This document shows positions 20,702 through 30,358 of a DNA stretch of 64,000 bases, piece after piece. The notes under the pieces are model-generated. The model did no database searches. It was not told the origin of the DNA and worked only from the letters and a program-made list of their open reading frames with translations. The first letter of the stretch is position 1, and every line of letters starts with the position of its first letter. The position numbers and the translations under genes were made by a program. The stretch is from an uncultured cyanobacterium (lineage in GTDB: Bacteria > Cyanobacteriota > Cyanobacteriia > Cyanobacteriales > CAWCAG01), in assembly GCA_963803805.1 (NCBI GenBank), contig CAWDOD010000002.1:448001-512000 (forward strand), in the 5' to 3' direction.

Positions 20702-21568
20702 ATGTTTCTCTCCACTAATTTATTCATAGACAACCTAATCCAACAATTAATCGTAGGTTATCGCCGTACCTATGGTGGTTGGAAATCTGAGTATGGGGAG
20801 ATTTTGGCTTGGGCTGCTGGTATGGCTTTGGAAAATATTGCCAACAGTGATGCCCTCTATCATAATGTCGAACATACTGTTTTTGTTACCCTGGTAGGAC
20901 AAGAAATTCTTCGCGGTAAACATATTAAAGAAGGTGGAGTAACTAACGAAGATTGGTTACACTTCCTCATTTCCTTACAGTGCCATGACATTGGTTATGT
21001 CAGAGGAGTTTGTAGCACTGACCAGCCCAAGGAAAGGCTGTATGCTACTGGGGTAGGAGATATGAAAGTTTCTGTTCCCCCAGGTTCAACAGATGCAAGT
21101 ATGGCTCCTTATCATGTAGATCGTGGTAAGCTTTTTGTCCAAGAGCGTTTTGGGCATCACAATCTTATCGATTCAGAAGTTCTCAAAAATAATATTGAGT
21201 TAACTCGTTTCCCTGTTCCTAACGATGATGACCATAATAGTACCAGCAGTTTTCCTGGTTTAGTGAGGGCAGCAGATTTAATTGGACAATTGAGTGATCC
21301 TCGCTACCTACAAAAAATTCCTGCTTTGTATTACGAATTTGAAGAAATTGGTACGAATAAGGCGTTAGGCTACCGCAACCCTGGAGATTTGCGTTCCAAT
21401 TATCCTAGTTTTTATTGGAAAGCGGTTTATCCCTATCTCCCTACCGCTCTAGCTTTTTTAGATTTAACTCAAGCTGGCAAACAAATTATCGCTAATCTCT
21501 ATGCTAATGTCTTCATGATTGAGCATGAGAAAGAAAGAATGCGTCTTGCTGGTGTGTTTGCCGCTTAA
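20702..21568 (+). CDS. Npun_R2479-family HD-domain metallophosphohydrolase
   Basis: DALYHNVEHT, CHDIGY, YHVDRG, RAADLIGQL. Confidence 0.88.
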   Translation: MFLSTNLFIDNLIQQLIVGYRRTYGGWKSEYGEILAWAAGMALENIANSDALYHNVEHTVFVTLVGQEILRGKHIKEGGVTNEDWLHFLISLQCHDIGYVRGVCSTDQPKERLYATGVGDMKVSVPPGSTDASMAPYHVDRGKLFVQERFGHHNLIDSEVLKNNIELTRFPVPNDDDHNSTSSFPGLVRAADLIGQLSDPRYLQKIPALYYEFEEIGTNKALGYRNPGDLRSNYPSFYWKAVYPYLPTALAFLDLTQAGKQIIANLYANVFMIEHEKERMRLAGVFAA

Positions 21569-21711
21569 TCAAGTCACTCATTCATTGGCGTAAGTCTTCT
21601 TTTGGGAGTAAGTAACTCATTTTATTTAAGAAATTAGTATCAAGTTTTATAACAAGAACTTGACTTAAGAGCTACTATACTTGTTTGTAGCTCTAGCATA
21701 ACTAAATTTCT

Positions 21712-23076
21712 ATGGCAAACAATACAGACAAACCGACTGTCCATAAAGTTGTTGTGGTTGGTGGAGGTTTTGGGGGGCTTTATACCGCTAAAGCCTTGGG
21801 CAACACTCCTAATGTGGAAGTAACTTTAATTGATAAAAGGAACTTCCATCTTTTTCAACCCTTACTTTATCAAGTAGCTACAGGTTCCCTTTCCCCAGCC
21901 GATATTTCCTCTCCCCTCAGACTTGTACTTAGTGATAAGAAAAATATTAAAGTACTCTTAGATGAAGTTATTGATGTTGATCCTGTTAACCAAATTGTCA
22001 CTTGTAAAGGTCAAGAATTAAGCTACGATACCTTAGTTGCTGCAACTGGAGTTAGCCATCATTATTTTGGTAATGACCATTGGCAAGAAACCGCCCCTGG
22101 CTTAAAAACCGTAGAAGATGCCCTATTAATGCGTCGCCGGATTTTTATGGCTTTTGAAGCCGCAGAAAAGGAAAGTGACCCCGAAAAACGCCGGGCTTGG
22201 TTAAACTTTGTGGTGGTAGGAGGTGGTCCCACAGGAGTAGAATTGGCAGGAGCGATCGCCGAATTAGCCAACTCTACCCTCAAAAAAGATTTCCGTACCA
22301 TAGATACCACAGAAGCAAGTATTATCCTCTTAGAAGGGATGGATCGGGTTTTACCTCCTTACAACCCAGAATTATCAGCAAAAGCAGAAATAGCACTGAA
22401 TAAGTTGGGAGTGACGGTAAGAACGAATAGTTTAGTAACCCAGATTGAAGATAACACCGTTACAGTACGCCAAACCAAAATCAATCAAGTAGAAAAGATT
22501 ACCTCCCAAACCGTACTTTGGGCTGCTGGGGTAAAAGCTTCAGCAATGGGCAAAACTTTGGCACATAGAACCGGAGTAGAATTAGATCGTGCAGGTAGAG
22601 TGATGGTGAAGCCGGATTTAAGTATTGAAAACTATCCCAATATTTTTGTCATTGGCGATTTAGCCAACTTCGCCCACCAAGGAGAAAGACCTTTACCAGG
22701 AATTGCCCCAGTAGCAATGCAGGAAGGGGAATATATGGCTTCTTTGATTAAACGTAAGCTTAAAGGAGAAACCATAGCTGCCTTTCAATATATTGATCGT
22801 GGCAGCCTAGCAGTGATTGGTGAAAATGCTGCGGTAGTAGATTTAGGCTTTGTTAAGTTTTCTGGCTTCCTGGCTTGGTTAACTTGGGTATTCGTCCATA
22901 TTTACTACCTCATTGAATTTGATAACAAGTTGGTGGTGATGCTGCAATGGGCATGGAACTATTTAACCCGTGGTAGAGGGGCGCGTTTAATTACTGGAGA
23001 CGATTCTTTAGGTCAGCCCCAGGTGAATTTAGATGGGGATAGTTACCTGCCTCAACCCAGGGAAGCAAAGGTTTAG
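21712..23076 (+). CDS. Type II NADH dehydrogenase (NDH-2)
   Basis: GGGFGGL, FQPLLYQVATG, GGGPTGVELAG, IGD, AMQEG. Confidence 0.95.
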   Translation: MANNTDKPTVHKVVVVGGGFGGLYTAKALGNTPNVEVTLIDKRNFHLFQPLLYQVATGSLSPADISSPLRLVLSDKKNIKVLLDEVIDVDPVNQIVTCKGQELSYDTLVAATGVSHHYFGNDHWQETAPGLKTVEDALLMRRRIFMAFEAAEKESDPEKRRAWLNFVVVGGGPTGVELAGAIAELANSTLKKDFRTIDTTEASIILLEGMDRVLPPYNPELSAKAEIALNKLGVTVRTNSLVTQIEDNTVTVRQTKINQVEKITSQTVLWAAGVKASAMGKTLAHRTGVELDRAGRVMVKPDLSIENYPNIFVIGDLANFAHQGERPLPGIAPVAMQEGEYMASLIKRKLKGETIAAFQYIDRGSLAVIGENAAVVDLGFVKFSGFLAWLTWVFVHIYYLIEFDNKLVVMLQWAWNYLTRGRGARLITGDDSLGQPQVNLDGDSYLPQPREAKV

Positions 23077-23086
23077 TTATTAAGTT

Positions 23087-23197
23087 GGCGTTGCATCATT
23101 GCGAGATGATTCTGGGATTTACCGAAAAACTCGCCCTTATTTATTGGGGGTTTCAGCCTGTGCAAATTTAGTTATCATCCAACACCTATGCAACGCC
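23087..23197. mobile_element. 111-bp MITE-like element with GGC ends
   Basis: GGCGTTGCAT...ATGCAACGCC perfect 10-bp TIR, extending imperfectly to 24 bp; no target duplication found. Confidence 0.7.
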
Positions 23198-23323
23198 AAG
23201 ACCCCTCACCTGCTATGGCATCACGAAAGCAGCATCAAAAATGACTCTATCAATTTGAGAATAAGAGTGCAAACTTATGATTATGTAACAACATAAGTTT
23301 TGTTAGTCAACCAGACTATCTTC

Positions 23324-23926
23324 ATGAACCAAAAGCGGAAAAAAACTGTCCTGCTTATTGATTACGAAAACATTCAGAATCTTGATTTATCTCTGATTCA
23401 ATCTCATGGTATTCAAATTAAAATATTTGTGGGAAAAAGTCAAAATAAGATACCGATTGACTTAGTTCAAGCCACTCAATGCTTAGGACGGAGAGTTGAA
23501 TGGATACAAATAGAAGGGAATGGTAGCAATGCCCTTGATTTTCATATTGCTTTTTATTTAGGTAAATTTAGTAGATATGCCAAAGGAAAAACTTTTCTAG
23601 TTTTATCTAAAGATAAAGGCTTCGATCCCCTCATTAAGTATATAAATAAGAGTAACATTAGTTGCCGAAGAATAGAAAGTTTACTTGAGTTAGCAAAAGA
23701 GAAGACGATTCGTGAAGATGCAGACTTAATAATGAAGATTATTGCTAACTTATCTAAAACTCAAAAGAATAAACGCCCAAAAACGCGAAAAAGTCTACGG
23801 CAGTATTTGAAATCGCTGCTTAAAAAACAGCAGTTGAGTGAACAAGAAATTGAGCAGCTAGTTGATAGCTTGATTGTTAAAGGAAAGATTTCTGAAGTGA
23901 GTAATAGCCTTACTTATAACTTTTGA
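23324..23926 (+). CDS. PIN-like (PIN7/NYN-related) domain protein
   Basis: LIDYENIQ, GSNALDFHIAFYLG, SKDKGFDPLI; start placed at ATG 23324. Confidence 0.85.
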   Translation: MNQKRKKTVLLIDYENIQNLDLSLIQSHGIQIKIFVGKSQNKIPIDLVQATQCLGRRVEWIQIEGNGSNALDFHIAFYLGKFSRYAKGKTFLVLSKDKGFDPLIKYINKSNISCRRIESLLELAKEKTIREDADLIMKIIANLSKTQKNKRPKTRKSLRQYLKSLLKKQQLSEQEIEQLVDSLIVKGKISEVSNSLTYNF

Positions 23927-23981
23927 CATTTCAGATCAATTGGGGAAAGCTATAAAATAGGCATAAACATAGGAGTCTCTA

Positions 23982-24560
23982 ATGAAACCTATTCCTAACC
24001 AAGGGCAATTAACAACTTGGAAAGATGATCGGGGTTTTGGCTTTATAAAGCCGGATGATGGTGGTAAAGACATTTTCTTGCATATCAGTGCGTTGAAAAG
24101 AGCAAGTCGCCGTCCAAAAGTTGGAGATACAATTTTGTATGAAAGAGTTACTTAACCTGATGGAAAAGTACGGGCCGCCAAAGCCTCAATTCAAGGCGTT
24201 GCCCCTATTAAAACTAGAAGTTTTTCGATTAAGCAAAAATTAAGGAGACGCAAATGGAGTCGATTGGAGATTGCTATTGCTGTTGGAGTTATAGCTATAA
24301 TTGCGCTTTTTGAGATGCAGTTTGACGGTAGTAGTGATACTTCTTCTTCTATGACATCTTCCTCAGAATCTGTTACCTCTACTCTTAAACCTGGATGTAA
24401 TGTTAAAGGCAATATTTCAATGAATTCCGGTAACAAGATTTATCACCTTCCGGGTATGGAAGATTATCAATCAACTGTCATTGATACCTCACAAGGAGAA
24501 AGATGGTTTTGCACAGAAGCAGAGGCAATTAATAGTGGTTGGCGTAAAGCACCAAGATAG
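23982..24560 (+). pseudogene. Cold-shock domain - TM - Cys-motif (CNVKGNI/GERWFC) protein with an internal nonsense codon
   Basis: [24 protein letters not shown]...FLHISAL...ERVT*PDGK continues in frame into ORF 24264-24560; TAA at 24153-24155; AGGAG RBS. Confidence 0.85.
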
Positions 24561-24628
24561 ATATAGTAGCTTAGTATTTACAAGAATGTTTAGAATAAAA
24601 GACAAAGAAAAACTTTTTTTTGAATTAA

Positions 24629-26944
24629 ATGTTAAACAGCTTATCTCAATGGGAAATTATACCAAACTTAGAAATACCTAACTGGTTTGTCGAAGCGGTT
24701 AAAGCCTGTACTTCTCAATCTCAAGGCGATTATGCAGCACAATTATTATGGCGTAGAGGGATTCGGGAGCAACAAAAATTAGCTGGTTTTCTTAACCCAA
24801 ACTTATATGAACCTACTAGTCCTTTTGACTTTGGGCAAGAGATGAATATGGCTGTCAAAAGGCTGATTGAGGGAAGAGAAAGGGGAGAAAAAGTTGTTAT
24901 TTGGGGAGACTTTGATGCTGATGGTATTACTTCTACTAGCGTTTTGTGGGAAGGTTTAGGGCAGTTTTTCCCGCAACAAAACCTTAGCTATTATATACCC
25001 AATCGCCTCACAGAATCCCATGGCTTAAATAATTTAGGTATTGATAGTTTAGCTGAAAAAGGTACTCAATTAATTGTTACTTGCGATACGGGAAGTACGA
25101 ACTTAAAAGAAATAGATTATGCCCAAGAATTAGGCATAGATATTATTATCACAGATCACCATACTCTTCCTCCTGAACGTCCTCCTGTGGTGGCAATTAT
25201 CAACCCCCGCTACTTTGCCCAACATCACCCTCTTTTTCATCTTTCTGGGGTAGCAGTGGCTTATAAATTAATAGAAGCACTTTATTTAACCCTGCCGGAA
25301 GTGCCGCAACAACCTTTAGAAAACCTCTTAGATTTAGTTGCTATTGGTTTAATTGCTGATTTAGTAGAATTAAGTGGAGATTGCCGTTATTTAGCGCAAA
25401 AAGGCATCTCACAATTACAAAAACAAACCGGGAAAAATGCTACTCGTCCTGGAGTTGCTTACCTCTTAAAGTTATGTCAAAAAACAGGCGATCGCCCCAC
25501 AGATATTTCCTTTGGTTTAGGACCAAGAATTAATGCTGTTAGTCGCATTCAAGGGGAAGCAAGTTTTTGTGTAGAACTGCTTACTAGTCGTGATGCTAAA
25601 TACTGTGAAAAATTAGCTTTAGAAACAGAATTAGCTAATACTCGCCGCAAAGAAATTCAAAAGAATGTCACAGAAAATGTGAAAAGAAAGTTAGCTCAAA
25701 TGGATTTATCCACTACTAGGGTAATTGTTTTAGAAGATAGTCAATGGGAAGTGGGAGTATTAGGTTTAGTAGCAGGACAAATTGCTACTGAATATGGTCG
25801 TCCTACGGTTTTATTAACGATAACAGAAGAAGGGGAAGAATTACCCTTAGCTAAAGGTTCTGCTCGTTCGGTAGGGGGAATTGATTTATATGAATTGATC
25901 TATTCTCAAGCTCATTTATTAAACCGTTTTGGGGGTCATCCTTTTGCTGCTGGGTTAAGTTTGCCTGTGGAAAATTTGACTTTGTTTAAAGAAGCAATTA
26001 ACCAAAAATTGAGACAAGAAAGCGGTGATGCTAACAATCTTAGCCAGGTAATTCAAGTTGATTTAACGGTTACTGTAGCGGAATTAGGGAAGGAATTATT
26101 TCGAGAACTGAAATTATTAGAACCTTGTGGCATGGGTAATCCTGTCCCTAAACTTCTAATTAAAAACTGTTGGTTTGAGCAAGTTTGGAATCGCAATCAA
26201 CAAGACTATCGCGGCAAGAAAGTTCAGTATATTAAAACGACCTTTGAAATCTGGGATAGTTCCTGCAAACAAGAAGGATTTCCAGGGATTTGGTGGGGAC
26301 ATTATAAAGAAGATATTCCCGGAAATAAAGAACCCTGTGATGTGGTGGTGGAGTTGGATTTCAACACCTATGAATCTCGTTATGAAGTGCGTATCATTGA
26401 TATTAAACCTGACAAGCAAGGAGATAAACAAACAGCTAATTTATTAGGTGATAACTTCTTGATAGATATGCGTTCCCTGGAATTAAAGAAAACAGAAATA
26501 GCTAATTTTCCTGTCGCAATAGAAGAATGTCCTGGTAGTTGGGAAGAAATTAATACACCTTGTCAAAAAGCCATGGTTCATAATCAAAAAGTTGCTTTAG
26601 CTTATGGCCCATCATCAGAAATTTCTGCCCCGCAAACCTGGAAGAAATTAGTCGGTTTGGCTAAGTATCTTAACCGTACAGGGAAAACAGCAACTTCTGC
26701 TCAACTACAGGAAAAGTTAAACATCAATAGACAGACTTTGCAACTAGGTTTAGAAGCACTAACATCTTCCGGTTTTCAAGTGAATCAGCAGGGAAATTCT
26801 TGGCAAATAAGTTGGCAAGAAAAAGTTAACCATAACCCACAAGAAAAATTGTTAGCCTTTTTTACCGCAGTAGAAGAAGAACAATTCAGGCGCTCTTTTT
26901 TCTATAAAGTTCCCATTTCTACTTTGCAAAATACTATTTACTAA
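24629..26944 (+). CDS. recJ: Single-stranded-DNA exonuclease RecJ
   Basis: GDFDADG, TCDTG, TDHH, GSARS, FGGHPFAAG, LEPCGMGNP. Confidence 0.96.
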   Translation: MLNSLSQWEIIPNLEIPNWFVEAVKACTSQSQGDYAAQLLWRRGIREQQKLAGFLNPNLYEPTSPFDFGQEMNMAVKRLIEGRERGEKVVIWGDFDADGITSTSVLWEGLGQFFPQQNLSYYIPNRLTESHGLNNLGIDSLAEKGTQLIVTCDTGSTNLKEIDYAQELGIDIIITDHHTLPPERPPVVAIINPRYFAQHHPLFHLSGVAVAYKLIEALYLTLPEVPQQPLENLLDLVAIGLIADLVELSGDCRYLAQKGISQLQKQTGKNATRPGVAYLLKLCQKTGDRPTDISFGLGPRINAVSRIQGEASFCVELLTSRDAKYCEKLALETELANTRRKEIQKNVTENVKRKLAQMDLSTTRVIVLEDSQWEVGVLGLVAGQIATEYGRPTVLLTITEEGEELPLAKGSARSVGGIDLYELIYSQAHLLNRFGGHPFAAGLSLPVENLTLFKEAINQKLRQESGDANNLSQVIQVDLTVTVAELGKELFRELKLLEPCGMGNPVPKLLIKNCWFEQVWNRNQQDYRGKKVQYIKTTFEIWDSSCKQEGFPGIWWGHYKEDIPGNKEPCDVVVELDFNTYESRYEVRIIDIKPDKQGDKQTANLLGDNFLIDMRSLELKKTEIANFPVAIEECPGSWEEINTPCQKAMVHNQKVALAYGPSSEISAPQTWKKLVGLAKYLNRTGKTATSAQLQEKLNINRQTLQLGLEALTSSGFQVNQQGNSWQISWQEKVNHNPQEKLLAFFTAVEEEQFRRSFFYKVPISTLQNTIY

Positions 26945-26961
26945 AACCTACATAAGTTCTC

Positions 26962-26993
26962 TTGACTTTCTAGCTAACTAGAGAGTTTATCAT
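26962..26993 (+). promoter_or_regulatory. MerR-type metal-responsive promoter/operator (copy 1)
   Basis: -35 TTGACT, 20-bp spacer, -10 TATCAT; dyad ACTTTCTAG-N4-CTAGAGAGT. Confidence 0.85.
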
Positions 26994-27033
26994 AGAAATT
27001 CAATAAATAATTTAGTTATCAGTTGAATTAGTA

Positions 27034-27603
27034 ATGTCAAAACTCTCATCTAAAATAACCATAGCTTCAATTGTGATTGCAGCTATTGTTGGTGCAAGCA
27101 TTTACTTTACTTCCACTCAAGGCGAAAACGAGACTGCCAATCATTCAAGTATCACTAACAATGTCAACACAGCTACTTTAACTAGTGTCTGGGATAAAGA
27201 AACCGAACCCTTCTATCAAGGAATTAAAGAAATCACTGTCTATCGTAGCCCCAACTGTGGTTGCTGTGGAGAATGGATTAAACACGCCCAAAAACACGGC
27301 TTTAAGGTTGAAGACATCAAAACTGAGGAAATGGAGGCACTCAAGCGAAAATACAATGTGCCTCCAGAGTTAGCATCCTGTCATACAGCCATTGTTGATG
27401 GTTATGTCATGGAAGGCCACATTCCCGTAGATGACATCAAACGTTTCCTTAAAGCAAAACCAGAGTTAGCTGGCTTAAGCGTACCAGGAATGCCTTTAGG
27501 AACCCCAGGAATGGAAGCAGGGGAAACTCAGCAGCCATTTGAAGTATTGGCATTCAATGCTAAAGGAGAAGTTGAAGTGTTTAAGGAATATCAATCTTAC
27601 TAA
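27034..27603 (+). CDS. DUF411 (CopG-like) metal-binding protein
   Basis: SPNCGCCGEW, SCHTA, EGHIP, VPGMPLGTPGME. Confidence 0.93.
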   Translation: MSKLSSKITIASIVIAAIVGASIYFTSTQGENETANHSSITNNVNTATLTSVWDKETEPFYQGIKEITVYRSPNCGCCGEWIKHAQKHGFKVEDIKTEEMEALKRKYNVPPELASCHTAIVDGYVMEGHIPVDDIKRFLKAKPELAGLSVPGMPLGTPGMEAGETQQPFEVLAFNAKGEVEVFKEYQSY

Positions 27604-27625
27604 TACAAAGTCAATTTAATTAATA

Positions 27626-29089
27626 ATGGCTAAGATTAATCGTCGCCAATTTCTCACTTTTAGCGCTGCTGGTGCTAGTGCAGCTATTTTTACCAGTTGC
27701 AAGAGAGGAAAGAGTAGTTACAGCAAAACTTTAGGGAATTCTTCTCTGGATTTACCTCAACTGCACAAAAGCACCAATGGTTTATTGGAGTTAGGTTTGC
27801 AAGCTAGTGAACGTCCTGTCAATTTGGATGGGAAACAAGCAGATTTATTAACCTATAACGGACAAATTCCTGCACCTCGCTTAGAAGCTAAAGCAGGAGA
27901 TCAGGTTCGCATTCACTTTACTAACAATCTTTCCCAACCAACCAACATTCACTATCACGGCTTGCATATTCCCATTGTAGGTAATGCAGATAATGTCTTC
28001 CTCAAAATTAAGCCAGGGGACAAACTAACCTATGAATTTCAGATTCCTCTCAATCATCCAGGCGGAACATTTTGGTATCATCCCCACTTACATGGTTTAG
28101 TTGCCGAACAGTTATTTGGGGGGTTGGCAGGCTTATTTATTGTACGGGGTGAGTTAGATGCAATCCCGGAAATAAAAGCAGCGAAAGAAGAGTTTTTGGT
28201 ATTGCAAGACTTTGCTTTAGATAACGATGGTAAACCAATTGATTCGGCGCAAATGTCTCTGATGGCAGGGCGAGAAGGGGATATAATTACAATCAATGGT
28301 CAAGTAAATCCTCCTCTTTCTTTGCCTGAAGCAGGATTATTACGGTTGCGAATTCTCAACGCTTCTCCTTCTCGCTTTTATAGGTTAGTTTTAGAAGATC
28401 ATCCTTTTTACCAAATTGCTACTGACGGCGGCGCATTGAACAAACCAATAGAAGTTAGGGAATTGTTACTAACTCCAGGACAACGTGCCGAAGTTTTAGT
28501 AAAAGGCGATTCCAAACCAGGAAAATATCGCTTACTTAGTTTACCCTATGACCGAGGTAGTATAGGTATGATGGGCGGCGGTATGATGGGCAGAAATAGA
28601 AATAACCGCCGCAATGAATCAATAACTTTAGCAACCCTCAACTACGAATCCTCTACCAACTCTCTATCTTTGCCAAGTAAGCTTACTTCCATCCCTCAAT
28701 TGCCACAACCTCAGCAAGTGAGAAGCTTTGAACTCAACCACGGCATGAATCCTGGCGTAGGCATGGGTTTTTTAATTAACGGTGAACCCTATCAAGGCGA
28801 TCGCTTAGATACCGAAGTTAAACTTGGTACTGTAGAAGATTGGGAAATAATCAATGCAGGTGTAATGGATCATCCTTTCCACATTCATGGAAATGCTTTT
28901 CAAGTGATTAGTCGTGACGGAAAAGCAGAATCATTACCAGCTTGGCGAGACACTGTACTGGTACGCAGGAATGAAACTATCCGCATTCGTATTCCCTTCC
29001 AAGACTTTGCAGGTAAAACTGTTTATCACTGTCATATTCTTGATCATGAAGATTTAGGAATGATGGGAAATTTATTGATTCAAGCTTAA
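27626..29089 (+). CDS. Tat-exported multicopper oxidase
   Basis: NRRQFL Tat motif; HYHG, WYHPH, HPFHIHG, HCHILDHEDLGM; Met-rich loop. Confidence 0.97.
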   Translation: MAKINRRQFLTFSAAGASAAIFTSCKRGKSSYSKTLGNSSLDLPQLHKSTNGLLELGLQASERPVNLDGKQADLLTYNGQIPAPRLEAKAGDQVRIHFTNNLSQPTNIHYHGLHIPIVGNADNVFLKIKPGDKLTYEFQIPLNHPGGTFWYHPHLHGLVAEQLFGGLAGLFIVRGELDAIPEIKAAKEEFLVLQDFALDNDGKPIDSAQMSLMAGREGDIITINGQVNPPLSLPEAGLLRLRILNASPSRFYRLVLEDHPFYQIATDGGALNKPIEVRELLLTPGQRAEVLVKGDSKPGKYRLLSLPYDRGSIGMMGGGMMGRNRNNRRNESITLATLNYESSTNSLSLPSKLTSIPQLPQPQQVRSFELNHGMNPGVGMGFLINGEPYQGDRLDTEVKLGTVEDWEIINAGVMDHPFHIHGNAFQVISRDGKAESLPAWRDTVLVRRNETIRIRIPFQDFAGKTVYHCHILDHEDLGMMGNLLIQA

Positions 29090-29120
29090 TGATTAATTTT
29101 GCTAGAAAAGTTAAGGATAG

Positions 29121-29157
29121 GCATTAATTGATTGAATTAAAGAAAATCAATTAATGC
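29121..29157 (+). terminator. Hairpin after the multicopper oxidase gene
   Basis: 13-bp perfect inverted repeat GCATTAATTGATT/AATCAATTAATGC. Confidence 0.55.
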
Positions 29158-29204
29158 TAACAAACTAATTTTTGTAACTTAATCTCTTGCCTTAGTAAAT
29201 AAAG

Positions 29205-29221
29205 ATGAAACCGCGATGAAA
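29205..29221. promoter_or_regulatory. OmpR-type (RppA/CopR-like) direct-repeat box
   Basis: ATGAAA-N5-ATGAAA (reverse complement of TTTCAT-N5-TTTCAT) upstream of the Csp3-like gene. Confidence 0.65.
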
Positions 29222-29340
29222 TGCTAGTAAGACCTAAGAGATAAATATTATATTTTTACTATTACTTCGGTTGAGAGAAGCAGTAATTAGACTGTTTGTT
29301 TTATCATTTTATTGGTAAATGAAGTAATAGGAAAGTTCTA

Positions 29341-29676
29341 ATGTTATTAGTTCATGAAAAATATCAATCTAGTTTTGATATCGCCATGAAATGTGCAGTA
29401 GAGTGTGAACATTGTGCTGAGGCTTGTACAGGTAAGCCTGATATGTTTAAATGCGCTCGTACCTGCTTAGATTGTGCAGAAATCTGTCGTACTATGGCAA
29501 CTTATATGGTGCGAGGTTCTAGCTTTGTTGCTCATTTAGCTAAAGCTTGTGCAGAAATTTGTCAAGCTTGTGCTGATGAGTGTAGTTCTCACGATATGGA
29601 TCATTGTCAAAAATGCGCTCAAGCTTGTAAGGATGCCATTGAAGAGTATAAGAAGATTGCTGCTGTTGCTGCTTAG
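29341..29676 (+). CDS. Four-helix-bundle copper storage protein (Csp3/DUF326)
   Basis: 15 Cys in CxxxCxxCxxxC repeats; no signal peptide. Confidence 0.93.
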   Translation: MLLVHEKYQSSFDIAMKCAVECEHCAEACTGKPDMFKCARTCLDCAEICRTMATYMVRGSSFVAHLAKACAEICQACADECSSHDMDHCQKCAQACKDAIEEYKKIAAVAA

Positions 29677-29808
29677 ATAATTGGAATTTACGGGATGAGG
29701 AGCAAGGCAATATTTGTTCTTTGTCCCTAAAAAAGTATTCAAAGCTGCTCAATAACCTCAAGAAAAACTTGTTTAACCTAGCCAGATTAGGGGGTTTGAA
29801 AATTAACT

Positions 29809-30261
29809 ATGAAATCTAAATTTGATATGAACCCTTATGTTCGCTTGCTGATTGCCCTGTCAATCTCTTATGTAGTGATGTTTGCTCTGATGTTTTCGCG
29901 GGTGAATGTACTCAGCAATCTGTTTGTTAGTCTCAATCAAGTGTATATGGCAGGGCTAATGATTGCACCAATGCTGATCATTATGTTATTAACAATGGGT
30001 TCGATGTACCACAACAAAAAGTTGAACCTTATACTTCTGGGAGTAGCAACAGCAGCAATAATTTTGTTCTGGACTCTTTTGCGATCGCAAACGGGAGTAG
30101 GAAATCAGCAGTTTCTCCATTCAATGATTCCCCATCACGCTGCGGCTATTCTTGTTTGTCAACAGGCATATATAACGAATCCACGTATTGAAGAGTTATG
30201 TACAGAGATAGTTCAAACCCAGAAGGAGGAGATACGGATTATGAAAGCACTGATGGATTAA
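29809..30261 (+). CDS. Membrane-bound DUF305 (CopM-like ferritin-fold) protein
   Basis: Three Met-rich TMs, then FLHSMIPHHAAAI...IVQTQKEEI..M. Confidence 0.88.
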   Translation: MKSKFDMNPYVRLLIALSISYVVMFALMFSRVNVLSNLFVSLNQVYMAGLMIAPMLIIMLLTMGSMYHNKKLNLILLGVATAAIILFWTLLRSQTGVGNQQFLHSMIPHHAAAILVCQQAYITNPRIEELCTEIVQTQKEEIRIMKALMD

Positions 30262-30296
30262 CTTTAAAATAAACGATCGCATAAGTTCATAATGAT

Positions 30297-30328
30297 TTGA
30301 CTCTCCAGTGGAGTGGAAACTGAAAAAT
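30297..30328 (+). promoter_or_regulatory. MerR-type promoter/operator (copy 2, weak -10)
   Basis: TTGACTCTCCAGTGGAGTGGAAAC closely matches copy 3; the -10 position reads AAAAAT. Confidence 0.65.
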
Positions 30329-30358
30329 AAAGATAGTTACTTTTCAGAGGGAAGTTCT

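Noticed and set aside
23099-23296. 65-aa ORF
   Set aside because: Starts inside the MITE with TTG; no coding features.
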